From assembly GCA_000934665.2 (NCBI GenBank), contig KZ538859.1, forward strand, positions 1 to 43,981: a stretch of DNA of 43,981 nt. Direction: 5' to 3'. Of the stretch, positions 9,916 to 21,163 are shown in pieces. The notes below the pieces were generated by a model. That model did no database searches, was not told the DNA's origin, and saw only the letters and a program-made list of their open reading frames with translations. Positions within the stretch are counted from its first letter, which is position 1; each line of letters opens with the position of its first letter. The DNA is from Catajapyx aquilonaris. Lineage: Eukaryota. The translations under genes were made by a program, and so were the position numbers.

Positions 9916-12216
9916 ACGACATTTCCCTGTAAGGGGTAGTCAGCGATGACGGGAGCCAAAAGCTACCCAAAATGTGAACTAAATTAAAACTTGTAAAAAT
10001 AAACCTATAAAGTATAAACAACTCGTCCCGCTCCTGCCGTCCCCCACCCCTGCCCATGTCAGACGACAAACACTCGATATTAAATTTCAATATTACACTA
10101 TACAACACTGTACTTTGCGAAATCATGCCCCCCCTGGAAGAGGAATCAGCAACTGTTAAATTCCTCCAAGTGACTAGAATATTCTCCTCCAAACGACCAG
10201 AACACCCACAGGCCAGCGAGAAGAACCAGCATACGGAAATGCACACTCGAATTCCAAGCGCTGTGCAGGACAGAGAGAGATGCTATCACTAGAATGATAG
10301 AACAATATGCCTCTGTGCCTCTGTACGTAGGCCTACTTGGCCTACTGGGTTGCAAAATGATTTCGTGAATGTTATGTATTTACTTGCCACTGACAGCCAT
10401 TCTCAGCATTTACTTAAATTTCCTGCAAATTTCATTGCATTTTGAAATAACATTTGGTATTTGTGCAGGTTTCTCGAGAAAAACCTGCAATTGCAGCATA
10501 AAAAACTGTTGTGACAACTGCAACCATTCACAATACAGTACTTAGCTAATTATTCTGTGGCAAAATATGAAAAAAGGAGGAAAGATATTCCCCCTCCAAT
10601 AAATTAACTGAGTCACAATCGGAGCAGTTTGATATTACCTTGTTACAACGTGGTTTCCAAGATTAATTTATCAAAAAGTTACAATCCGACACAATGATTG
10701 TGCAAATATTTTCCATGACACTACAACATTAAGTTTTAAATTAATATTTCCTAACCAGAGTGACCCACTTGGCAACACTAACCCCCCCCCCCCCCCCCCC
10801 CCCNNNNNNCCCCTGTCAGGGGCATGGGGGGGGGGGGGGGTCGACCCCCCATGGGACTGGTAACGTGGTAAGGACATTAGCGTTCGCCGCATTAGATCGA
10901 GATTTCGAGTGTAAAAGGATGGGACTCGCGGTATCACCTCGGAATGTCTGGTGTCATGTGAGGCAATGTCTCACTATTTCTCAGAGGTCAGAGCCAGGGT
11001 GCAAAAAATCATACTACATAATTATGGTATGCATCACCTTTTCCCGGAGGAAAGACCAAAAACCAGGAAAATCGGTACTTGGAGTCGTATATATATCACT
11101 TGGCGGTTAAATATAGCAGCTATCAGTTATCCCGTGAACGCGCGTAGACTGGTTGTGGACTTGTGGTTGATGATATATTTAATGAATAGTACACTACACT
11201 GTCATTATAGCAGGTAGCAGGTAGGTACAACAAGAGTAATTATTCCACACTGTATTTGAAGGGAAAGGTGACTCGTATTTGGAAAATAATTATGTCAATA
11301 TTTATTGTATACTTCCTGCGGTGCTGACTGCTCAGTCGTCCATTAACTGCTGACATGTAATGATTAGACTACTGATTACTCAAGAATTTTATTTAGGACT
11401 TATTGTAATATTTATTTTAAATATTTGGTCTTGCAAATGGTATTGGTGACAGTGTCTATAGTATATGGATAATTATTTTGCGGACTTTCGACTTGAGGGG
11501 ATCACAAAGGTCGGGGGTGCGGTGGGTAGGGGGGGGGGGAATTGTAGAGACGGTGGTTATTAACTTGGAGATGGGAAAAATATGTTCGCGGTCAAGGAAG
11601 GCTATATGGATGGAGTGCAATAATTGGTGACACCAAATTGGTGTGGCAGAGGTTGTCAGGAGGGGGGCAGCGCGGTGTTGTAAAAAGTAAAATNCCCCCC
11701 TCCACTAAAATGTTCTAGGTACGCGCCTGGTGCACCGTGATGTGTCCTGACTGACCACACACTGGCTGGACTACATCTTTCTGCATGCACCTAACTGATG
11801 ACTCACCGCAGACAAAGATTTGGAGGCACAGACTCAAGCCAATTCTACAAGATATAAGTGGAATAAATCTGGTGTGAAAAGTTCATCTTCTAATTACACT
11901 ACTTGCACGCTACTTAATTGAGTTGACATGTTGCAAAACTGGTTGATGGCTTGGTGTGCAGCGAAGTACGGGTACTAAATCATTTTATGATGCCATATTC
12001 TACTAATTACCCCCTATATAAATGCCGTTAGCTATAAAAATGTAATTGTATTGAGATTAACGCACCTTACGTAAGTTACGTTAGAGGTCAAGGGACTAGA
12101 CTCAAATGATATTTTGAAAATATCTTTTTCGATTAATTTTATCCACATAAAATTTACTGCAATTATGTTGAGTATAGGCTTACTTACTAGTACTACTACT
12201 GTACTACTACAATTAT

Positions 12217-12302
<86 letters not shown>
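12217..12302. repeat. Compound (CAT)n(CGT)n microsatellite
   Basis: Directly visible. Confidence 0.95.
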
Positions 12303-13626
12303 TAGCCTACTGGCGGCGTGTGAGACCTGTTCCTGAATAAATCTTTGCATCAAAATATGAGTTGAAAAATGGTTAATGAGTTTTAAACCCGACATATGTA
12401 AAGATGTTTAGGCCCAGCCCCCCCCCCCCCCCNCCCCCCCCCCGGCCTGACACTTGAAAATTCAAAATTTTTATTGTGTTCTCTCCTTCATTTAATGTTA
12501 TTTTATTTTTAAAAGATTACACTGAAAGTTTTCGGCAATTACCTTTTCTGCCTGTAGTGATCAATCAAGCTCTTAAAAATTTGACTTTCTTTGTGATCTC
12601 GCCTTCATTTCCTATTATTGTATTTGAGAAATATTATTTATTGCAACTGCCTAATGGGAAATCCGGCGCTGTTTAGCCCTACTCATCCTATGTGGGTAGC
12701 TTACCAACTTGGATAAGTGGTTGTAGACATCTACAGTACCTATCATTTTATATACGTGGCCATGAAAAAAAAAAACCAGTGGTAAGCTACCCAAGGTGAT
12801 CAAACTGGAAGAGCAAATTATTATTTACAGCTTAAAAATAATGATAGCCTAATTAGCCACCGAAATTCCTTATAACAAGGCTATTACGGTACATTTCAGT
12901 GTCACGATCTCTACTGCATATAATATACAGTAACTGGGCAGTAAATACTGTGCCGGGCAACTTGCAGTTGAAAAATTGGCAGCTACGTGCTATTATTTTA
13001 CTACTGTACATATAATACCTACTTATTATTGGCGTGCACAGTGGATAGACGCAAATATAGCAGCATCATCACCCTTAACACAAAATGGTGTGGAATCATC
13101 TATCAAAACATTACCAAAAATTAATTTCGATGATTAATTACCATGAGCCTCAATTTGTCAGCAGCACATGAACCAAGAATGATCAGGGAAAATTTGCTCC
13201 GTGCTTTCGTGTAGCGGTTACCCCCACGCCCCACTCTGCAACATGCTCTCTGGGAGACCGTGAGAAGGGCAAGGTAAAATGCATTAAGTGAATGACCAGG
13301 TACACGCAGAAAAGACCAATCCCCACTATTACAAAGGTTAAATTCTGCATGTGCGTAAAGACTCGGGAAGTCTGTTTGATGCGTAAAAAGGGGATTTTCT
13401 CCCTCAGACATCCGTGCCCTAATTAGACGTTCGCCTTCAATGAGGTCAGAAAGTGAAGGTTTTTCGATGCGGTAATTCAGGATTTTCTCAAAGGTGAACA
13501 TCTTGATTGTTCTGTATAAAATATTTTTTCCGACATTAGAAAGGAAGGAAGAAAATGGGAGGAGCAACATAACTTCAAGGCGGTGGTGAAGTACAGAAGG
13601 GAAAGAAATTATTCGCATTAACTGTC

Positions 13627-13632
13627 TTTATT
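13627..13632 (-). terminator. Candidate poly(A) signal of the cuticular protein gene
   Basis: AATAAA on the minus strand about 240 nt past the stop codon. Confidence 0.4.
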
Positions 13633-13873
13633 ATTAGGTCTACATATTTCTTTTTCACAAGCATTGTCCGGCACAAAACGAAAAAAATACATTGTTGGCA
13701 TACGTGTACTTTGTCGACGACACGACGTACAGGATGGATTTGTACAATATACATAAGACGTTGGGGGATGTTGGCGTACAAGCGCAGAAGCTATACAAAA
13801 TAGCGAGTAAAAAATTAGCATCCCTGTCGTGGTCATGGCGCATAAGGAGAAGGAAAACTGCAGTTTGTTAGAC

Positions 13874-13973
13874 TCAGTAGCCAGGTTTAGGAGCACCGTA
13901 GTCACGTGATGGCGGTCTGTAGTTGTAGCCTCCGGACTGCTGGGCCTGGCTCCTGGCTGGTGGGTCGGGGTAC
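13874..13973 (-). CDS. Pro-resilin-like cuticular protein, last coding exon (frame absent from the ORF track)
   Basis: Acceptor tcatgcAG at 13974. Joining in phase 2 gives GEAR-YPDPPARSQAQQSGGYNYRPPSRDYGAPKPGY*, with a resilin-type YGAP motif. TGA at 13876-13874. Confidence 0.85.
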
Positions 13974-14299
13974 CTGCATGACATGAAACAAACCAGCACA
14001 GTGTGAGCCATAACAATGGTGGCACCTTGCACATCATGTGCCATCACCATTATATACTATTTGTTAGACCTAAATTTGCTTCGGAAAGTATATACATAAT
14101 AGGGGTTGACTTTTCTTGGAGCATGACACTTTATGACGTGATTACTGTGTATGACATTTCCTGTCTACGCAGGACGTTATAATTTTTAAGGGTCCCACAT
14201 GTCATGGTACACTAGACCATAAAGTGTGGGACGGGGACAGGATTTAATGCACGCTATAAAGATTAGTCTTGCAAAAAAACATGATAAGAGAAGGAGACA

Positions 14300-14572
14300 A
14301 ATTATGTCGCGATTCAGACTGTAATGGAATGACCACTCTGTGTGATATCAGTTCATTGTAAGGTCATCCAGTACTTTACGACGATTCTCTCGTCACCTCG
14401 GATCTTTTGTGCCAGGTGCCGATTTTTAATTACGTGAGTCTTTTTCGCACGCAGCGGTTGACCTTCGCAATCTAGGTTGCAAGTGTAACTCCAACCCGAG
14501 CCACCTCTGCTGGGAATCGAACCCAGGTCCACACTCTTCCGAGCGTGTGTTCTGCCACTAAACTACAGAGGC
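14300..14572 (-). mobile_element. tRNA-derived SINE in the last intron of the cuticle gene (3' end approximate)
   Basis: The head at 14572-14502 folds like a tRNA (acceptor GCCTCTG/CAGAGGT, A-box TAGTTTAGTGG, T arm CTGGG-TTCGATT-CCCAG), but the anticodon loop is a non-canonical 8 nt. Confidence 0.65.
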
Positions 14573-14675
14573 TAATAGTTCAAGTTACAAATGTCGTGCC
14601 AACCGCTGCGAACATGACTTACGAACTAGGCAGGGGGTCATATGAGAAGCCGGCTTGTGAATCAAAATACCACAC

Positions 14676-14896
14676 CTGGCTTCGCCCTCGTAAAGGACTT
14701 CGGCGTTGTACCCGTTCTGCCAGTCGGCCGTGTAGCGTACGATCTGGGTACGCCCGTCGGGTAGAAGAACGCGGTACTCTCCCTTGATGACGTTGCCGTC
14801 GCTTCGTTCCCACTGGTTGAAATCGTTGCCGTACGAGGTGTCCTGCACTGCATAGTTGAAGTCGTAGGGCATGCCAGGTTCATGATGGTGATGATG
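14676..14896 (-). CDS. Pro-resilin-like cuticular protein, Rebers-Riddiford (Chitin_bind_4, RR-2-like) exon
   Basis: Phase-0 acceptor ttttcAG|CAT. HHHHHEPGMPYDFNYAVQD..GEYRVLLPDGRTQIVRYTADWQNGYNAEVLYEGEA fits G-x8-G-x6-Y-x-A. Phase-2 donor AG|GTGTGG at 14675. Confidence 0.92.
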
Positions 14897-17800
14897 CTGA
14901 AAATTTAAATAGAGCTCAGTAGAACAAAAGTTAGTGAAATAAGCTACTATATGATACCTCACATCGTTGTGGAGCTATCGTGTATACCCGATATGTACGA
15001 TAAATGATTTACGACGTTTCAGGTCGTTTGGGCTTCATACAGAAGTCAAAGGTCACGTCATATTAGCGTTTAGCGTAGATCGGTAAAGGAGCGAAAATTT
15101 GAGCTGAACGACGTAATTGGCTGTATGTGTGATATTCTAAGATGACGACGTCAGCCAAATCGTGCTTACGGCAGGGGGGGTAAGTGAACGATTTTCACCC
15201 CACCTTTATGAGACAGTTTCAGAGGGCTCGTGCCTACTCTCCAACAATCTCGCGGGCCACTTATGCAACAGTATCTATAAATCAAGTAAGAGAAACAAAT
15301 ACGACGTTACGCGGCATGACTACGCTGACCTACTTGATCAAAGTCAAACTCTTAACTGCGGGAAGTGGCAGTTTCATCCCTCCTGTCGACCACTCTCGTG
15401 TTACTCGAAACCGCTGTTATGAAAGATAAGTACGGTGTAAACCAGCAGTAACGCCGGCCCTAAAACAGCAAAGAAAGAGTGAGAACAAACCGGAACAAGA
15501 TCAGAATTTTGAAGGCTCTTCCCTTCTTTCCAAGTCACACCCTATGCAAGGTCAGTGGCTGCATCTCCCCAATCTGTGCTTCTTCTTCTCAGCCGAGACA
15601 TTGATGGGAAAGGCAGGCAACTAATTATGGTAACGAGGCCTTGCCGTGTAGGCCCAGGTTTTTCTCCTCGGGCGCCATTTTTCAAGGGGAGTTTCCAGCG
15701 GCCAGAAGCGTTGCCCACGCGGGGACGCCCAAGACAGTGACGCTACGCTCCACATCCGTGTCTTCAAAAGCAGACGTCAATTACTGAGCCTATGCTCACC
15801 TCCCCAGTGGAAAGGAGACAATCGGTCTCCAAGGACATTGTCCGTCTCTCGGGCCATTCAGTTGCGTCCTCCTTTCTCGCATTTTAATAATAGAGCGCTC
15901 TGAAGAAGCCGACCAAGGACAGATCGGAGTGACGGGTTGGGCTCCATGTTCCAATCAGGTGCAAAATATCGGCTTATGAATGGAGTCGTCGGAAGCGCCT
16001 TCCGATTGCGACACTGGAAGGGCCATTATTGTCTCAGGTGTCGCATTTAAGCACTTGCATTCTCTTTTTGGCTTGGCCCTACCTTGCCCCTTCCAGAACG
16101 ACCCTGAAACACATCTCAGCTCCTCCCGCTCTCACATTCCGATCTGCCTCTTCGATTTCAAGGATTTCTCGCTCGACATCAACCTTTCAAGTACGGTATG
16201 TATCATTTTGTAACAATGATCTGTCCGCGTGCATCCATAACAAAGCGGTGCTGACCCTGAATCTTCCGGGTTCTCCAGCCAATTATTATGACGTGACCCT
16301 TGTCCTGTGTAAAAACATAGCCAATAAAATATACTGCGTGCGATATCAGCAGGTCGATCATGTATTCGATTCGCGACCTAATGACCTACCCATAAGTGAC
16401 ATGCATAAGGGAAAGTAGTCCCGTAGTCAAGATCGAGACTACTATTTATCTCGTCGCTTGAAACGCACGAATTGTCACCCTGCCATACAAGGTGCAATTT
16501 GACCTTTCAAGTTCACTCCCGATCGCCATTCCTGAAGAATCGGTTGAAACACAATACATCCGGATGCTCCACTATGATGTACCACTTTCACTCTTAGATA
16601 ACACATGGAGACATTACGCTTGCATGACAGCACGCGCATGGTAGAGAAGAAGAAAAAAAAATATAGAGTTCTATAAAAAAAGCAAGCAAATGTTTCCATC
16701 TAACTCCAACTTGAGTCACGATTTTTCTTTCCATTGAGCGCAATCACGATGTTCGAAAGGAAGACCTGAATTCTGGATCGGTATCCTCCCGCCACGTTGT
16801 TTGACAGTCGGCGTTAGTATTAATCGGTTGAAAAGGTCGCCCCCATTCGGCACGACCACTTCTGCCAATTTTTTTTAATTCCCACTACTCTTTCCCGTCT
16901 CAAAAACCGGTTAGGTTCGAATCAAATACCAAGTAATAAAATACATAAATTCCCAATGGCGATTTCAGCATTATTGCTAATGAGCCGTGATTGGAGAGAT
17001 GGCGCAACTTGTCGAAGCTTTAATAAATGACTTAGAACATAATTGAACCTTGTCATGATGACCTAGTGCAACACCTTCCAAAAAACGAAGATTTTTTTTT
17101 TGTTGCCAACCGAAGTTTCACTTGTCATGCATCTAATGCCACTATCAGCATTTTTCTACCCGAACCTTACGTGATCCTTAGCGAGAGTACGCGTATGAAA
17201 GAATGCACACTTGGATGACTCCATACAAACGAAAACTGGTCATTACGGCCAACTCTCACAAAAATCCTACTTCCCGGTCAGACAGCAGTCAATTTGCGCA
17301 TATTAATGATCCACGCCGGGTCAATATTGTCTAATTGAAATACGGGGGTGATTGCGGACACCCTGCTAAAGGTTAAGGGCCTCTCCATTTGCAACAAGTC
17401 TGATAAAAAATGGCCGCAAGATGGGGCGTGACTTGAACATGACTAATGATGCTGTTATTGTTTCGTCATAATTGGTACGTACCAGTAATGTTGACCACAA
17501 CAAATTGCGCATTGTGCTAACAGAGCACACAACTTGATGACTATCTTAATTTGATCTACACAAGGTGTGTAATTGGATGTTGTTGGTTACATATCTGCTA
17601 CCTATTTTAAGCAATTTGATTACTTTTTATGTAACAAAAGTTGAGATCCATCCTGTAGAAAAGTGTGGGAATTTTTCTAACAAATTTCCTCTCGATTTAT
17701 ATTGTTGAGGCTGTGATATGTTACGAAAAACAATGACAATTACTGTACTTTACATTTGACAAGTAACATGTGTCTTCCGATATTTGTTCTATTCAGACTA

Positions 17801-18839
17801 TTCATACTTGGGCAATAAGCAAGGTGATGCACTACCCAAGTCCATAGTTCAAGAAAGGAGTGGAATAAACTGCTTAGAAGCAAGCACCATGCAAAGTAAA
17901 TGCAGTCCGGATTGTTGCTTGCAACAGGTTGATTTGCTTTAAATTAATTGCTGGAGTAAACATTCCTCTTGGATTGTGAATTTGAGAAGTGCAGTGCTAC
18001 GTATGCAAAGGTGGGCAGACAATCCAAATTCCTTGTTATTATATATAGCATGTTATTATTACCATAGGCAATTGGCAGGTCTTAAACCTGTTGTTACGAA
18101 GACGTCCTGAGAGTCACCACTCGGGATAAAATGATTAATAATTTCTTTTTGCACGACATAATAACCATCCACCATGAAAAGTGTAATATACCGGTATGGC
18201 TGGGGCTCTTATTTGATGTTCTGTAGTAGGCCAGTGGAACACATTTTCCCAGGCAACACCATTTCTATGATGAGCCTATTAATGACGGTATGAAAATTCG
18301 TCATTGCTCGAGCACGAAGAGGCCATAAAACAATAAAAATTCACTTTTTCTCCCGAGTGATGACTTTTGATTCCCTGACACTGAACAACAGGTTTACAAG
18401 TGTGGTGCCAATGACATCTGATACGCGCGGAATGTCGACACTCCAGGAGCCGTGAAACAAAGTATTCATTTGAATACTTGAAACGCAGTACAGTCAGAGT
18501 CACATTGGAATGATTTTGAGAAATTAGCGTTTGAATATTTTTAACTTAGGGGATCATATAACCTCTGTATGGAACTGATTTCCTTGGCACAAAAGAGTAA
18601 TTTGACCTGCAGATCCGGCGTATGCCAAATTGCATTTTGGCCATAATGTGATAATCTATAAGCGTTATGCATTTCAGGTCTGCATTTATTTCTGCTATCA
18701 AATGCCAACTTCCCTGCTTGACCTAAACCATTGAACTACATTAAAAAGATATTCGTCAGACAAATCATATCCTGTGGTGCAGGCCACACCACACGACAGC
18801 CAAGATCTGCTGTGATCCAGCATTCCAGGGACCACTTAC

Positions 18840-19115
18840 TTCAGCCGGAGAAGGTGCATACGTCGGTCTCGGCCGCGTTATCCCTGTGCCACTGTTGTCG
18901 GTGGATCCCTGGTACGGGGGTGGTGTTGGGCGGGGGCTAGGGGAGTAGGTGGGTTTGGGTGGGGGCACATACGTCCTGGGAGGTGTAGGGCGAGGGGTAG
19001 TCGTGTACACCAATTGACTGGTGCGTGGGGGAAGGTAAGAATAGCCCCCTTGTTGTGGAGGCTCCGATGATACCATAGACAGCATCAGCGCTGCTGCCGC
19101 CGCCATGTTGAGTAC
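18840..19115 (-). CDS. Pro-resilin-like cuticular protein, exon with signal peptide and Pro/Thr/Tyr-rich region
   Basis: Acceptor ctgcAG at 19116. In-frame ATG at 19106 gives hydrophobic MAAAAALMLSMVSS, then EPPQQGGYSYLPP and PRPT/TYxP repeats. Phase-0 donor GAA|GTAAGT at 18839. Confidence 0.85.
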
Positions 19116-19158
19116 CTGCAGATATATTCAAGGGCGCCCAAAATGACTGGGTATTTAC

Positions 19159-19173
19159 CAGAAAATCAAGCAT
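19159..19173 (-). CDS. Tentative tiny first coding exon (MLDFL) of the cuticular protein
   Basis: aacATGCTTGATTTTCTG|GTAAAT joins in frame to the acceptor at 19116. The implied intron is only 43 nt, so ATG 19106 is an alternative start. Confidence 0.35.
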
Positions 19174-19340
19174 GTTCTGCTGATCAAGGATAGGAAATGC
19201 ATCACCAGCATCAACCAAGCAGGAAATGGTCAAAGGGAAATGCAATGAAAACGAGAGTAAGGAAACGAAACGCTAAGAAAGCATGGTACGTAACCTACTT
19301 TTTCCCAAGCTCGAGCGCTTCTTGAAAGGTTCAGCTTTGA

Positions 19341-19346
19341 TTTATA
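19341..19346 (-). promoter_or_regulatory. Candidate TATA box of the cuticular protein gene
   Basis: cacCTATAAAtc on the minus strand, about 170-240 nt upstream of the candidate ATGs. Confidence 0.45.
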
Positions 19347-20909
19347 GGTGAGGGTGTCAACTGGCAATTAGGAATGTGTTTTACGTCGGATTTACAAGTT
19401 TTTTTTCCGTTTGATATCATTACCCCAGCGATTGCGCGAGCGGCCTGACCCCACCGTGCCCATTATGAAAGTTGAATCAGGGAGAAATATGAGCATGCAG
19501 CACGACCGGTTTTACGTGAACGCGGAATTATTTGTCACGCTCATTCGCCGCTTCACAAGTCGCACAAAATCGTGGCTAAAGTGACGGAATCTCATTTTCA
19601 CCTAGGTAAACACCGCGATTTAGGATAGGCCTAATGGATCCCCTTGGCTCTTAAAAAAGCACACACACATTTGCACACACACAATTTGGGGTCTAGGCCA
19701 GAACCAGCTGACAAGCCACTAGAATCCGTGTCGCGTATCGTGCGTGCTCATGTAGCACGTGAACACTCGCAAAGAAGCAGAATGGGAAAAAATAACAAAG
19801 CCGCCGAATCGAATGACATTGACCGGAAACCACTGAAGAATATTAGTAAAAAATTCTTTGGAGGTCCAAGCACTATCCGCACTATCCAGTATGTTAGTTT
19901 TGGAGAGGGTTGAAGTGGGTGGGCGCACCTGTAGATGTGCCATGCCGTCCTCGAAGAAGGTGCCTCCGACAGTGAAGACTTTGTACACGCAAACTGAAGA
20001 AGCGGGGGAATCCTCTCTCTTTTATACCTCCTTGGGATTTACCTGCTGGTCATTTAGCAGAGGTGGAGGATGTGACTGGAGGGGATGGGAGTCTGTGGGA
20101 GGGTTACAGGGAAGGAAAAGTGTAGCGTTCCCATAATTCCCCTTGAGGGTGAGAGTCCGTCCGTCCAATAAGGCGAGCATCGGCCATGGGATGTTGTAAT
20201 CGGCATGGCACACATCTTTCTTGGGGAGGCAGGCTTCTGCCAACCCCTACTTGCTCCCTGTGCTGGGTACTCTCCTTTTACTTTCCTGTCCTGAATCCCT
20301 TTCAGGTGCTCACCCTCACCCCGCCCCACCTGGCCAAACACCTAGCGTGGCCTTAAGCCTCGCCCAGATTATTATGTGCAAGAAAATTACCACCTTGAAA
20401 AATATTGGGCATTTTTGGGCCGATATTTGCACAACAACGAGAGGTTATGGAATGCGTGGCTGGAGGGCGTGCTGAGTGGAGCAGGCCCAGCAGGCCTGAT
20501 GGAACAGGAAAAATGCCCTCCAACGGTGCTGGCCGCCTACCAATACCTAACCGTCATTTTCAATATTGCTTTTGGGAATTTGGATAATTTGAAGGAACAT
20601 CCAGCCAGGGAAAGGGGTCCGATTCAATTGTCAGAATGCAATTTGGCAATGATGAGCATTCAGAAGGATGCCGCCTAAACACCTTGAATATTTGCAATTA
20701 ACCTACATATTGGGCTTCATTATTTTTGTAATTGAAAAAGGGTGAGGTATAATTTCGAAAAAGTAAAATAATAATTCACCCAAATATGTTTCAGCAAAAT
20801 ATTTACAAAAAAAAGCAGTGAAACCTGTCCGTAAAGGCGTCTGCCTGTTTGGCAAAATCCTCCTCGTTGATTATGTTTCATTACGTTCAGCAGAAATCTG
20901 AAAACATTT

Positions 20910-21163
20910 GGGTGGGGAGGAGTCGGGTGGGGAGGTTCCCAAGGGAGGGCGCTCTTAAGTAGTTTCTAGTCATTGCAGACCCTCATAAACACCAGACCTT
21001 TTCTCTTGGCCCTGGGCAGAGAAGGGAGGGCAAATCTGCCCGGACATGTCGGGTGAAAAGCGGAAAAAGACCGACCAAGCAGAGGTGACGGGGACGGGAC
21101 TTGAACCCCGGACCTCCCGCTTGGCTAGCCAGTAGCATAGCCACTAGACTACCATGTCCCCCC
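20910..21163 (-). mobile_element. tRNA-derived SINE (3' end approximate)
   Basis: A-box TAGTCTAGTGG (21151-21141), B-box GGTTCAAGTCCC (21107-21096), GC-rich body. Confidence 0.7.

Noticed and set aside
12114..12395. Poly-His/poly-Arg and poly-Thr/poly-Met ORFs
   Set aside because: They are translations of the (CAT)n(CGT)n microsatellite
13121..14037. 165-aa and 139-aa minus-strand ORFs
   Set aside because: No domain is recognisable. The real exon uses another frame and the rest is UTR or flanking DNA.
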